DNA of 64,000 nt from Epithemia pelagica (GCA_946965045.2 OX337236.1:372001-436000); one strand, 5' to 3'; shown: positions 34,415-45,627, numbered from the stretch's first letter. Notes: generated from the letters alone by a model not told the origin. Made by a program: numbers and translations.

Positions 34415-34556
34415 GGTTCCAGAAACAATGACTGCAGCGAATTTTTATGACAAACCATATGGCTATGGCTATATTGGGTACCCCTTTCATTCTCAGAGTG
34501 GGTCGCGCAAAACATTCATTGGTCGCGTTTCGTCGGTACGTCATCGTTCGCGCCTC

Positions 34557-35753
34557 ATGTTCCCTTTGCCAACAACCATGAGGGTGCTCTCCGAGAAGAT
34601 AGTTCGAAGATCTCCTACTTGCCACCGCCATGTAATTTGGAACACGTACAGCGACAGGGATCCAAGAACACGAATAGGGAGAGTCGACCATTCGAAACTA
34701 TGTTCAACGCTTGTCGTCCCATCTCGTGATCCCCATGCCAGGGTACTGGTCAAGAGTTCTCTACAACAGGATACAAAGAAGAACGAGTCTCGACCTTTGA
34801 TACCGTACCATCGTTCCTGGGCATGGCAAAATTGGTTACTCCATCAACGATTGTCGGCTCGTCCAAGAGCCATGCCATCCACGACAACGACAGCGACAAG
34901 TGCACACGACCGCGACGTGATTTTGTTGCTGGAACACGACCATGTTTATACCTTGGGACGAGGAGCGGACGAAAATCACTTGACCTTTCTCCAGGATCAC
35001 CAGGATGAAACCGAATTACGACAACGACTGGCCCGGACCAACCGAGGGCCCGGATCGGCTCGATTGTCGGTGGATTCCACCGTGTTGCAAAGCCTGCAAG
35101 AGGATCCACCACAGGGCAACAGTGATGATCCGCACGAGGACACGTGGCACCATAATGTACAGGCCGTCCGTTCCCTTTCGTCGTGGGCGACGTATACCTG
35201 TCACCCCGTCTTGGCGCCCAACCAGGTTCCCATTTATCGTGTCGAACGAGGTGGACAAGTCACCTATCATGGACCCGGACAGCTTGTGGTGTATCCCCTC
35301 TTGGATTTGAAACAGGGACAACCGCTACGAGACGATTTGCATTGGTTCCTGTACGTCATGGAAGAAGTTATTCTTCGAACCTGTGCCCGTGTGGGCATTG
35401 ACACTGCCGTTCGCGACGAAATCAATACCGGTGTGTGGGTGGGACACAACAAGGTGGCCGCTGTGGGCGTTGCGGCCAGTCGATGGATCACCACACATGG
35501 CTTTGCCTTGAATGTAGATCCCGACCTACGGTATTTTGATACCTCGGTGATTCTTCCCTGTGGTATTCAAGGTAGAGGAGTGACGAGTATTGCAAAGCTA
35601 TTACGGGAACGACAAGAGCAAACAGGAGAACTAGTACATATCCCAACAATCCACGAGGTTGCATCCATTGTTCTGGATGAGATGGAACAAGTGCTCCAAA
35701 TTGAGTTGGGGGCCCCGGAAAGATTGGAGTGGGAAGAAACGAGCGTCATATAG
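34557..35753 (+). CDS. lipB: Octanoyltransferase LipB/LIP2, probably mitochondrial
   Basis: LLEHDHVYTLG, RGGQVTYHGPGQLVVYP, KVAAVGV, HGFALNV and PCGI motifs; Arg/Ser-rich N-terminus. Start codon uncertain. Confidence 0.9.
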   Translation: MFPLPTTMRVLSEKIVRRSPTCHRHVIWNTYSDRDPRTRIGRVDHSKLCSTLVVPSRDPHARVLVKSSLQQDTKKNESRPLIPYHRSWAWQNWLLHQRLSARPRAMPSTTTTATSAHDRDVILLLEHDHVYTLGRGADENHLTFLQDHQDETELRQRLARTNRGPGSARLSVDSTVLQSLQEDPPQGNSDDPHEDTWHHNVQAVRSLSSWATYTCHPVLAPNQVPIYRVERGGQVTYHGPGQLVVYPLLDLKQGQPLRDDLHWFLYVMEEVILRTCARVGIDTAVRDEINTGVWVGHNKVAAVGVAASRWITTHGFALNVDPDLRYFDTSVILPCGIQGRGVTSIAKLLRERQEQTGELVHIPTIHEVASIVLDEMEQVLQIELGAPERLEWEETSVI

Positions 35754-35965
35754 TTTCGACGGGTTCGATCAAAACGACGAGCTGGGACAGAACGCTTTGA
35801 CTCGAACCGAACCATGGATCCAGGGAGGTTCGATGCGTACTTGACAAATGGCCGACAATGATAGCATGTACTGGGGCTATCGAAAAATATATGTCGAAAC
35901 TTGGTTCAAATCAATTGTATTCCCAAAACAGCTAAAGAACATGTTCCAATCTCATTTGCGCAATT

Positions 35966-37615
35966 TTACTTGGAACCTCCCTTCATTGCGGCCAATTGTG
36001 CCAAAATGTCTTGGCGCATTTCTTCGTCCATATAATCAGTTTCCTCGTCCGTTTCCGAATCACTGTCCTTCTTTTGGGGTTTGGGTTGCTCCTTCTTTGG
36101 GACCGTCTTGGAGGATCCTTTCTGAGAGACTGTCGTTCGTTTTGGTGGGGGTTGAGACGATGCTGCTGCTGCGGCGCCGCCACGACGTTTCCGTTTGTTC
36201 GTGGGGACCGCCTCCAAATCCTCGTCGTTGTCGTTGGTCGCTGAAGAAGAAGAAGAATCGTCAAAGTCTTTCGACGACTTGGTTTTACGCTTGGCAGCCT
36301 GCTTGTCGTCGTTGTCGTCTTGTTCACAATCACTTCCAAACAAGGTCTTGTCAGCAAAGAGTGCCGATCCAGTCATGTATTCAATGGCACCCGTCACTGG
36401 ATTCAACCGCTTGTCGTTGTTGTTAGCGTTGTCGTCGTGACGAGTGGCCGTTTCCGTGGCCCGTCGAGGACGAGGCTTCTTGTCGGTGGCACGACGAGCT
36501 TTTTGGTTGTGATTACGGCGTCGTCCTCCTTCTTGCTGCTCCTCCTGTGCCGCCAATAGTTTGTCGACTTGATAGTCATGGTCATCGGGAACGTCCTGGG
36601 CCACGTCGTTGGTTTCCTCGTCGTTGCCAGCTTCCCCCGAACGACGATGACGACGACGACACGCGCGTTCCTGTTGTTCTTGTTGGAGTGTTTGGACTTG
36701 TTGCTCCAAGTCTTGAATGTGATCGCGTTGCGCATTGTACAGCGTCAAGAAATTTTGCACGAGGGGTCCCTTTTCGGCTTGCCAGCCTTGTTCCAAGGTG
36801 TGAGCCGTGGCTTTCCATTCGTGGACGGCCAGTTGCAATTCCTCGAGTTGCGTCCGGGATTCCTCCTGCTTTGTGTGTTGCGATTGGAGTTGCGAGACCA
36901 GACCGTGCAAGACCAATTCGCCAAAGGCCCGACCGGGATGCTCTTCCGCGTCCAAGGATAGTTTCCATACATGACGCATCAAACCATTCCGTTCTTGCTT
37001 GACAGTCACCATCAAGGTGGTGGTGGATGTGGAATCAGTGGACGTGTGGTCCTGGACGATCCATTCCAACGAGAGTCCCGTCCCTTTTTGGTTCGTCGTT
37101 GTACCCACTGTCGACGACGTGGCTGTGCGTGGTTCGGATTCCTTTGTGGAAGAATTCCCACCAACGACAACGTGCAGATAGTCCTTTAACCGATCCCAGA
37201 CCAATTGTTGCTCATGTTGCTGTTGCTCGTCCTTGTCATTTTCGTCGGGGACGGCAGAGTTCAGTTTCCATTGTTGAGCAAGTTGATGGACCGGAATGGA
37301 ACACGTCCAACTTTGCAGCAACGACTGCTTCTGCCCTCCTCCCCAAACGGCCACAACTCGAATTCGAACCACGGGCGACGAGGATGGAGGATGATCATTG
37401 GGGGTGGTCGAGGGTTCCTCTGGTTGTTGTTGTTTCGTACGCAACTCGATGCGACAGAGAGCCTCCGTCGTCGTAGTAGTACGAGGAGGAGTGCCGTCGT
37501 CCTTCTTGTTGGGAGCACCTTGGAGAGAGATGGAAAACGTTTCTTCCAAACATGACGACACGGATTCCTTTCTACTGGAGTGGGCCATGATGCTGCTTCT
37601 TGTCGCATAGAACAC
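35966..37615 (-). CDS. XRCC4-like protein (head, coiled-coil stalk, disordered tail)
   Basis: W....LE...EK..L...FL.LYN.Q...I..LE.Q resembles the XRCC4 stalk (F..VLNEKK.KIR.L); acidic/basic tail. Recognised by eye only. Confidence 0.5.
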   Translation of the reverse strand: MFYATRSSIMAHSSRKESVSSCLEETFSISLQGAPNKKDDGTPPRTTTTTEALCRIELRTKQQQPEEPSTTPNDHPPSSSPVVRIRVVAVWGGGQKQSLLQSWTCSIPVHQLAQQWKLNSAVPDENDKDEQQQHEQQLVWDRLKDYLHVVVGGNSSTKESEPRTATSSTVGTTTNQKGTGLSLEWIVQDHTSTDSTSTTTLMVTVKQERNGLMRHVWKLSLDAEEHPGRAFGELVLHGLVSQLQSQHTKQEESRTQLEELQLAVHEWKATAHTLEQGWQAEKGPLVQNFLTLYNAQRDHIQDLEQQVQTLQQEQQERACRRRHRRSGEAGNDEETNDVAQDVPDDHDYQVDKLLAAQEEQQEGGRRRNHNQKARRATDKKPRPRRATETATRHDDNANNNDKRLNPVTGAIEYMTGSALFADKTLFGSDCEQDDNDDKQAAKRKTKSSKDFDDSSSSSATNDNDEDLEAVPTNKRKRRGGAAAAASSQPPPKRTTVSQKGSSKTVPKKEQPKPQKKDSDSETDEETDYMDEEMRQDILAQLAAMKGGSK

Positions 37616-38380
37616 CTGGCCTATTTCCTTTCATGGACACAACAAGGAAACAACAAAGGGAAACCCAAACACCGAAAAGATGCTTCCAACAAAACCCGAC
37701 GCCCCAAACAAAAGTGGGGGAAGATCTATATCCCCCCCGTTCATTTGTGGGCGTGGGCTGTTGTTGGGGCGGCCCGGTCTGTCTGTGGCTCGCTCGGGAC
37801 TTCCGCGCGACTGCGGAACAGCCGGATGACAAGGCCGGCGCTCGAAACGGCGGAAGCCATTCAATTACTTAGACATCCGATGACCGAGGGTGACCAAACC
37901 TACTTAGGAAGTGCATCCAATGCATAGGTACCAAATTTTCGCCAGCCGAGTCGCAACAATCGCCAGAATCCTCTCCACACTTCTTTGGTGGGACGCACGG
38001 AGCGTGCAACATAGCAAATAGCAATCCATCTCTCTGTCTGTCGAGCGAAAGAGGTGCCAACGATTGCCTCCAAGAAAGAGCACCTCCGTCTCTTCTCACG
38101 TGAAGTGTCACTCCGTAAACAACTGCCAGACTATCAAGTGGCGTGGAAGTTACCAGAAAGAAAGAGACAAAACCAAAGGAGATCGTCTTTTGCCTTTAGA
38201 TCTACCTACTAGACAATCTCTGGATTGGAACTCAAAAAAGCAGAACCGCAACAACAATCAAGACCGTCGCAAGGAGTCTCGAGAATTGCGTTTCTTTGGC
38301 AATCCCCATCAGCCCACAACACACACACAACACGCACACGACAAACGACAATCCCCACACATCCCGTTGGATTGCCTAGT

Positions 38381-41300
38381 ATGGATCAAACACCGAAATC
38401 TCCCGTGAGTGATTCGTACTTGGCCTATCATCCGGCTCCTCCGTATCATTCGTCGTCGTCGTCGGCTCCCTTGTCTCCCCAGTCGGTCGACAGTCAAGGA
38501 TCGACTCCGTCGCGACGGGCCACACGCTTATCCGATCGCATTCAACATCGATTGAGCAAACGAGGAACGCCCCTCTTGCGCAGTCCTTCCACCAGTAGCA
38601 GTACCAATCACCATCGCAACAGCAACAGCAGCAATGCTCCCTTGTCACCCAGTGGTTCCTCCGTACTCAGTGGCATGAGTAGTGGTGGTCCACCAGCGCC
38701 ACCGCACTTGCCACTCTCGCCCCGCAGTGACCCCGGTGGGTTGTTGTTGGGGGCCGGCAGTGGGAGTAGTGGGAGTACGACGAGTAGTAGTCATCGCAAA
38801 CTGTTGCGCGGAACAAGTTCGAACCACAGCACCATTACGACCGAAAGTGCCTCGCGATGGTTGTTGCAACACAAACAAAAATCCGCCAACAAGAGTTATG
38901 AAGAACGGGTCAATTCCCTCTTGTTGACACGGGAAGAAGACGACGAAAGCGATGCCGACTCGTCGCGTCGGCGACTGGATTTCAATAATCCCAAGCCGAA
39001 ACACAACAAGACGGGAGGAGACCACCAATTGGAGGACGACAAGGACGATGATGAGTTGTTGCAAGACTTGGAAGGAGCTCCCTCGGCCAAAACCAATGAT
39101 ACCAACAATTTTGTCACACCCTCTTCGACCATTGTCGAAGAATCAAATAACAATAACAACAAGGTGGAACAGGTTGCTTCCCTGGACTTGTCGTCATCCA
39201 GTCGAGCCTCCTCGTCGTACGATCGAGACGAAGACGAGGGTCGTCGTCGTAGTCGTCGAGGGGACGATTCGTTGACGCATTACACCACCCTCGGGGATGA
39301 TGATGATCGGAGCAGCAGTGGTTCCAAGGACGAGGATGACTCGACGGATGGTTCGGAATCCAGTCTATCGGGAACGGTGGAAACGGGACGGTCCTTTTCT
39401 CCCATTTATGAACACCAAAAATCGGGCAAAGCCAAACCCGACGCCACCACCAACAACAACAACAACAACAATAACGAGGAACCCAAGAAGGACCCCCAAC
39501 CAGAACAACCAGCACCCACGGTGGCTCCTCAAGAACCCGAAACGTCGCCCCTCCCACCGACCAAGGCACTTCCACCGACTCCCCTGGAATCCAGAGACTC
39601 GAGCAATCCCAATCACAAGGACAACAAGGAAGCCATGGATGCACCCGAACTCAAGTCCATGGAATTCAAACCAGATCCAGAAGCTACCAAGGCACCTTCC
39701 TTGTCACCACCACCACCACCCTCCTTGCCGGCCTTGACACATGACAAAAAGCAACAACAACAAGAACAGCACGAACAAGAAGAACCACAAGGTCCCCAAG
39801 AACGAAAACCACCACCGCAAGCGTCGGTCCCTACTACGAACAAGGCTCTGGTCGAAACTCCACCCAAATTACAGACTGAGGATGATGGTCCCGGACGCAT
39901 TGTGCCCACGAGTCCCCGCTCCTCTCGGTCTCCATCCACGTTGTCGCCCAGCAGTCCTCGTTCTCCCCGAACAGCGCGCGTGCCCGGAGGTGCCGCGGCC
40001 AAACTCATGTTGTTGGGTCCCAAACCCAGTGAAGAATCGTCCTCCGAAGACGATATTGGATTGTCCACCAAACCATCCGAAGATGTCGAAATTCCTCAAC
40101 AAGCCTTGGATGAAATTGGTGTCACGCTCACCAAATCCAAGAATGAATTTGCTGTGGGCAGTGAAGCCAATCGTCGGTACAATCCTCCCACCTCTCCCAC
40201 CGGTTCAGGTGCTCCACTCGAAAAGAATCGAGTCTCGTCGTCGTCTTCTCGTGCGGCCCATCTTCCACAGTCCACCTTGTTTGATCGTACCGAAGTCTTT
40301 CATCAAACCGCCACGGCAGCGGTCGTGGCCCTCTTGACACCCCGTCCGTCCACCTTGAGTGATGTTCAATCCGTCACCTCGGGACATCCTTCGGCACCCA
40401 GTGAAATTCATTCCTCCATGTCCATGATGTCCACGTCCCATCAGTCCGTCATGAGCAGTGCCTTTCAAGCACCACCGGCCGACAATGGCAGTGCCACCTT
40501 TGAATCCCTGTCCCGCCGCGATGTCAGCTTGCAACTCATTACGCAAGATACCGAGAAAAAACTCGAACAACTCAAGGATACCATGAGAGATCCCAACAAA
40601 ACCTTGGCCGACCTGTTGACGGCCATTCATACAGCGGACGATTTTGAACCCGACATTGGCTTTACCGTGCGACGCAAAAATGCCTGCGGTGCCCTCCAAG
40701 TCATGACGGCTCAAGCCGAACGACGAATTCCCATTGCCTGGACCGTCGGCGTCTTGCCGGCGCTCACGTCCGTCTTACGGGATACCGGGGAAGAAGGCAT
40801 TCATGTCTCGTATCCCGAAAAACGACACCGCGTGGAATTTGAAGCCGCCCGCAATCGGGCCATTGCCTGTCTCATGAACTTGAGTATGCCACCCAAGAAT
40901 CGCATTGCCATTTTTCATACACCCGGTCTCGTGCAATGGTTGATTGCCATTTGCGATGAAGGTCACGGTGTGTCCCGGAAAGGAGCCTGTGCCATTTTGG
41001 CCTACCTCGGAAAGACGGCCGAAAACAAATTGCTCATGGTGCAAGTACCCAATCTCGTCGATGCATTGGAACGTGTCTTGAAAGTACGCGCTCCTCGTGT
41101 GGAACGCAAAAAGACGGACCACAGCAACAAGAACCGCAAGCGACTCGATTCCGACGACTCGGGAGAACACAAGGAAGGTATTACGTCGGTGAATTCGAGT
41201 TATTCCAACGAATCGGAAGCCACACCCCGGCTCAGTGCATCCCATCCTCCCGTCGAAATTGAGGGCTACGATGAAACGGCGGACGAGCACTTGCGCGTCT

Positions 41301-41983
41301 CGCGGCAAAATGTCTTTGCCTTGCTGATTCATTTGGTCAAAGAAAAGGACAATGCCTATCACTTGGCCCGTCATGACTCGCTGACAACCACTCTTTCCAC
41401 CATTGCCAATTTTCAAGAAAGCTCTTCCCATTTGTTAGCGGTCAAAGTCCTGGCGGCCATGACACGTCACAGACTCAATACCAAAATCTTGGTCTTCAAG
41501 CAACGGGACGTCGTTCCGGCACTGGTGAATGCCACTGCGTCCACGAACGATGACGCCCGACTCTTTAGTTGTTATGCACTTCAAAATCTCGCACAAGACA
41601 AATCCTGTCGCCAAGAGCTCGCGGTGGCTCAGGGACTGATTTCCGCCATTTGCGATCGGTGTCGCAAGGCCAAACCCGAAGAGGAACGCTTGGCAGCCAT
41701 CTCTGCCATTAAGAATCTATGTGACGAGCCGGCCAATCTCATACCCATGACAAATACTCCCGACTGTATTGCGACGTTGATGCACTTGGCCCATGGAATG
41801 GAAGAGGGCATTACCGAAATCATGCAATACCGGGCCTGTGATGCCTTGGCCACTCTGAGTCATTGGCTGAGAAAAATTGCAACGAGTGGACAAGCACTTG
41901 AAAATGCCAAAGCAAAGAAGCCACCACCCAAAACTTTGTTTGTGCCTTCACTGCAAGTTGTCGACTTCAACCAATGGAAGTAA
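38381..41983 (+). CDS. Armadillo-repeat protein with long disordered N-terminus
   Basis: C-terminal ARM-like repeats (RKNACGAL, AIACLMNLS, YALQNLA, AAISAIKNL); Ser/Pro-rich N-terminal half. Confidence 0.75.
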   Translation: MDQTPKSPVSDSYLAYHPAPPYHSSSSSAPLSPQSVDSQGSTPSRRATRLSDRIQHRLSKRGTPLLRSPSTSSSTNHHRNSNSSNAPLSPSGSSVLSGMSSGGPPAPPHLPLSPRSDPGGLLLGAGSGSSGSTTSSSHRKLLRGTSSNHSTITTESASRWLLQHKQKSANKSYEERVNSLLLTREEDDESDADSSRRRLDFNNPKPKHNKTGGDHQLEDDKDDDELLQDLEGAPSAKTNDTNNFVTPSSTIVEESNNNNNKVEQVASLDLSSSSRASSSYDRDEDEGRRRSRRGDDSLTHYTTLGDDDDRSSSGSKDEDDSTDGSESSLSGTVETGRSFSPIYEHQKSGKAKPDATTNNNNNNNNEEPKKDPQPEQPAPTVAPQEPETSPLPPTKALPPTPLESRDSSNPNHKDNKEAMDAPELKSMEFKPDPEATKAPSLSPPPPPSLPALTHDKKQQQQEQHEQEEPQGPQERKPPPQASVPTTNKALVETPPKLQTEDDGPGRIVPTSPRSSRSPSTLSPSSPRSPRTARVPGGAAAKLMLLGPKPSEESSSEDDIGLSTKPSEDVEIPQQALDEIGVTLTKSKNEFAVGSEANRRYNPPTSPTGSGAPLEKNRVSSSSSRAAHLPQSTLFDRTEVFHQTATAAVVALLTPRPSTLSDVQSVTSGHPSAPSEIHSSMSMMSTSHQSVMSSAFQAPPADNGSATFESLSRRDVSLQLITQDTEKKLEQLKDTMRDPNKTLADLLTAIHTADDFEPDIGFTVRRKNACGALQVMTAQAERRIPIAWTVGVLPALTSVLRDTGEEGIHVSYPEKRHRVEFEAARNRAIACLMNLSMPPKNRIAIFHTPGLVQWLIAICDEGHGVSRKGACAILAYLGKTAENKLLMVQVPNLVDALERVLKVRAPRVERKKTDHSNKNRKRLDSDDSGEHKEGITSVNSSYSNESEATPRLSASHPPVEIEGYDETADEHLRVSRQNVFALLIHLVKEKDNAYHLARHDSLTTTLSTIANFQESSSHLLAVKVLAAMTRHRLNTKILVFKQRDVVPALVNATASTNDDARLFSCYALQNLAQDKSCRQELAVAQGLISAICDRCRKAKPEEERLAAISAIKNLCDEPANLIPMTNTPDCIATLMHLAHGMEEGITEIMQYRACDALATLSHWLRKIATSGQALENAKAKKPPPKTLFVPSLQVVDFNQWK

Positions 41984-42170
41984 CGCTCATGTTTAACCTA
42001 ATGCTTTTAGTGCTTCCACAACAAAGACCCTTTTTTAGATTTATCGCTGCGGGTCGTCTATTATTTGTGCAATGCTGGCGAGGATTTATAATGCCAATCA
42101 CTTGGAATGAGATTCTCGTTGTGTATATATTCAAGTTTGGAGCACGATTTCTTGTGCTGGACCGCGACGT

Positions 42171-43277
42171 CTACACACTCTCCGTGGAATGGTCCTTTGC
42201 AGCGAGAAGTTTGTTGAGTTGTTTGCCTCTAACAGGGACATTGACTTTTACGATTGCAGCATCGTCCTCTTCTTCTTCGATATCTAGCAGGTCAACGTCT
42301 TCATCAATCAACTCTACGTCCATCGCGTCTTCGTCGTCATAATCAGGACGATTTGCCCAATAGTTCAGATCAGCAGCGACTCTTTCTTCGCAACGCTTCT
42401 GCTTTCGCATCATGGAGTACCATTTGTTCTTGATGTCGTTTTCAGCTCGATTAGGAAGCATTTTCGTCATAGCTGACCACCTGAAGAGTTCGACGACGTT
42501 AGTCGTATCTACCAGTAGTCAGCAAGGAGGCATTGATAAACTTACTTTGGACCGAATTTCTCATACATATCTTTGATAAGATCCTCTTCAGAAGATTGCC
42601 AGTCTCCTTTCTTGAGACCTGGGCGCAAGTAGTTCATCCATCGATCGCGACACTGTTTGGCCTTTCGCCCCGTCTTCATAATACTGGCCACATCAGCCCA
42701 GTTCACTTTGAGATCCAATTTCGAGTACCCCGGTCCGAGCAATTTCTCGATTACACGCATCATACGATCATCTTCCTGTCACACGTGAGGCAGAAGAGGG
42801 ATATGAGCAGTGTTCCTCGGATCATTCGAGAACCATACACATTGTACCTACCATTCCTGTCCATTTGGCTCTTGGGCGCTTCAGTTTGTTTCGACGCGTA
42901 GGCTGTTTATCTCGATTGAGAGGAATTTCTTTCATGATATGTTTCGCCTTATCAGCTTTGGATACTGCTTTTTTGGCGGGTTTCTTTTTCGACTTGGAAG
43001 GAGCTCTCTTTGATTTGGCTTTGGTAGGATTCGCCGCGAGTTTGGATGATACCGCTTGTGCAACTGTCCCGTTTGTCTTCTCTTGTTTCGATGGAACAAT
43101 GGGAGAGTGCGTAATTCCCTTGTATGTGGATGTAGGAAGCAGCACATTTGAGCGCCTGTGGGTGAAATGGTAGAAGTATGAAACAGACATTGTCGTCGTT
43201 GCCATCGCTGCTGGTTTCGACCAATCTTCCCCGTCCGTAGGAAGTTTCGGTGCTGAGTTATTTGAGTGTACATTCAT
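42171..43277 (-). CDS. R2R3-MYB transcription factor (introns 42776..42851 and 42481..42545)
   Basis: KWT..ED, W..VA...GRK.KQCRDRW.NYLRP.LKKG.W, KW....KMLP.R.ENDIKNKW. Both GT-AG introns preserve the frame. Confidence 0.92.
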
Positions 43278-43902
43278 TTTGACGATGATTTCTTCTCCGC
43301 GTAGAGGTGTTTAACTAATGTTTCTGTATGTAAGTAGAGAGAAGATGTCATGGTGAGTGTCGGTGTTGCTTTCATTCTGGAAGAATGAGCTTGCATTCTT
43401 CCCATGGTATCCTGCCCGTATATCATGATGGCTTGATGATCACGCTAAACTTACAACTGATAAAGGAAGATATGGGTCGTTGCAAGTAACGACGGCTCCT
43501 GATTGACCTTCTTGTGAAACATTCTCTGGACGATGCAATTGTGTGTTGGCAGGGTGGAGGTGAAGGTGGCGTTTCATGAAACTGACCGAAAATGGTGGGA
43601 TGTTCCCCATTTCGATGGTTCCGATTCAATTTGTGTGGCGATTCTCCTCAGTACATTAAGCTCTATAGTGGAAGTTCAAATTGAGGGAGCGTCTGCCGGC
43701 GCGTCCATGCGTGACGCGCGTGAGATTTCGTCCAAGCCGTGGACAAATAATATCCCCCGACCCCGACAAGCTATGTGTATGTTCCAAATTCCCTCCAACG
43801 ATGAATAGATAGAGAGATGGATAATCTCATTCAACAGACTCCCTATAATGGATTATGGTTGTGAGGACTCACCATAAAGTTGAGTCTATGAAGAACATCT
43901 CT

Positions 43903-44892
43903 CTATACAATGGTGCTGATCGCAGCACGGCTGCGTACACTGGTTGACATTTTGTTATCAGACCTTTTCGGAGTCAAATCGTTTCTCTTTGGCAACATAA
44001 GGTCTGTTTCTTTTTCTTCGTCACTTTCTTCGTCCGGTTTCTTGTCTGTGCCATAGCTTTGTTGCAATCGCACGGTTACTGGACGATTGAACTGCTGCTC
44101 ATCTTCTTCACTCTCTTCGTCGTGGTCTTCAAAGTCGCGTTGACGTGGGCCAAAACGAAGGAGAACCAGCATGATTGCAGTCGAGAACATTGAGACCAAG
44201 TACAGTTCACCACCACATGCCACCCCTACCGCAGCCGAAAGCCAAAGACTCGTTGCAGTTGTTAGGCCATGGACAACGTGCTGAGAGTGGCCGGTCAATT
44301 CATCTTTCTGAGCCTCTTTGAATATAAGACCAGCACCGAGAAAGCCAACACCGGATGGAATAGCCGCAGAAATACGAGATGCGTCCCATTCCATCGGTCC
44401 GCTTAGGAAAGCAAAGGCGGAGCAAATTGTAAATAGGCAAGAGGCTAAGGATACCAAACTCATGGTTCTGGATTCCATCAAAATCATGAGTTAGAACAAT
44501 TCTTTCATCATGACGGCGATATCTCGTAGGTCAGTTTCGTACCTAATCCCCGCAGGTCGATCGGCCATTCGTCTTTCCCACCCAATCACTCCACCGAGAA
44601 CAACGGATGCCACCAAACGACGGCCAAAGTCACATTCTTCTGGCGTCAGAAACAACAAACGCCCCATCCTGACGTGCCGACATGGATAGTAAGAATAACT
44701 TGGGTTAAGGTATTCAATTGTCTTGTCTGTCAAAGTCTCATCGCAGTTGACTGGAATGAAAGGCTCAAGAACCACGATGACACTAACAGAGAGCACGAAA
44801 AGGCTGGCAAATCCATAGAATAGTCCCTTCCTCATGGAGTACTCAGTGAAGTACTTATGTCGAATTGCGTGGGCAGGAGGGTGTCCATTCAT
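43903..44892 (-). CDS. MgtC/SapB-family membrane protein (intron 44468..44542)
   Basis: LGG.IGWERR...RPAGIRT, RI.A.I.SGVGFLGAG.I and GLTTA.SLW..AAVG motifs. Likely start at MNGH (44892). Confidence 0.88.
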
Positions 44893-44914
44893 CACCTCGA
44901 CAAGTTTCGTAGAC

Positions 44915-44976
44915 TCTGGATTGAACCCAGGGTCTTGAACACAAGTCTGGATTGAACCCAGGGTCTTGAACACAAG
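44915..44976. repeat. Perfect 31-bp tandem duplication upstream of the MgtC start
   Basis: TCTGGATTGAACCCAGGGTCTTGAACACAAG x2. Confidence 0.92.
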
Positions 44977-45205
44977 GCTGTCAAAGTAACAGCAACAAAG
45001 GCCTGAATAATGGATGCCGGCGAAGACCCCGACAACAAGACACAAGACGAGAACAAGAGAATCTTTTTGGTGCGACAAAATGAGAGAGCAGCAAAGATGC
45101 AGCAAAGACATGCGCAAAGACACAAGATCAGACACCCATCATCATGATGTACTCTTTGCGCGACCATCTTTTTGGTGCGAGACCGGGGGGAGTGAAGAGT
45201 GCGCG

Positions 45206-45399
45206 CGAATGAAATCCACCGTGGCACGTGTGCGACAGTTAGATGGTGCGGCTGGCGCTTATTGGCGGGCCTGAGTGTGCACCTTGTTAGCGATAACCTT
45301 TATCCTAGAACCTTGGCCTTAGCGGTCACTCTTTTGCATGAAATCCTGAGTTGCACCCTAACCTGTGAGTTTACCGTATTGTACGACGTGTTTTATTCG
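45206..45399 (+). repeat. 5' LTR (CGAATGAAA...TTTTATTCG)
   Basis: Identical by eye to 51284..51477. Confidence 0.9.
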
Positions 45400-45414
45400 G
45401 TTTATCAGACCCAA
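45400..45414 (+). other. Primer-binding site GTTTATCAGACCCAA
   Basis: Directly follows the 5' LTR; identical in the other copia element. Confidence 0.8.
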
Positions 45415-45627
45415 CTTGCCAGGAAGCAATTGAGAGCCGCAACCTCGATCCATACATGCGTGCGGGTCGCATGTCGAGGTTGCGTAAGCGGGGACTTGAG
45501 CATTTGCTCACCCTAGAAAGTGTCGAGGACTGATCACCCTCGAATGTTGTCATCCCGCGACGACTGATTCTAACATGAAAACATATTGTTATTTCTTCTA
45601 TTTGAAAGTGAAAACAAATAAATCACA

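Noticed and set aside
39446-39475. (CAA)n tracts and poly-Q/T/N runs throughout the genes
   Set aside because: Ordinary low-complexity coding sequence for this lineage.
44893-45135. N-terminal extension of MgtC to Met 45135
   Set aside because: The frame is open only because of the 31-bp duplication; a single-copy ancestor has an in-frame TGA there.
45210-45398. Canonical LTR starting at TG (TGAAATCC)
   Set aside because: LTR identity extends four bases upstream of that TG, there is no matching terminal CA, and no TSD fits.
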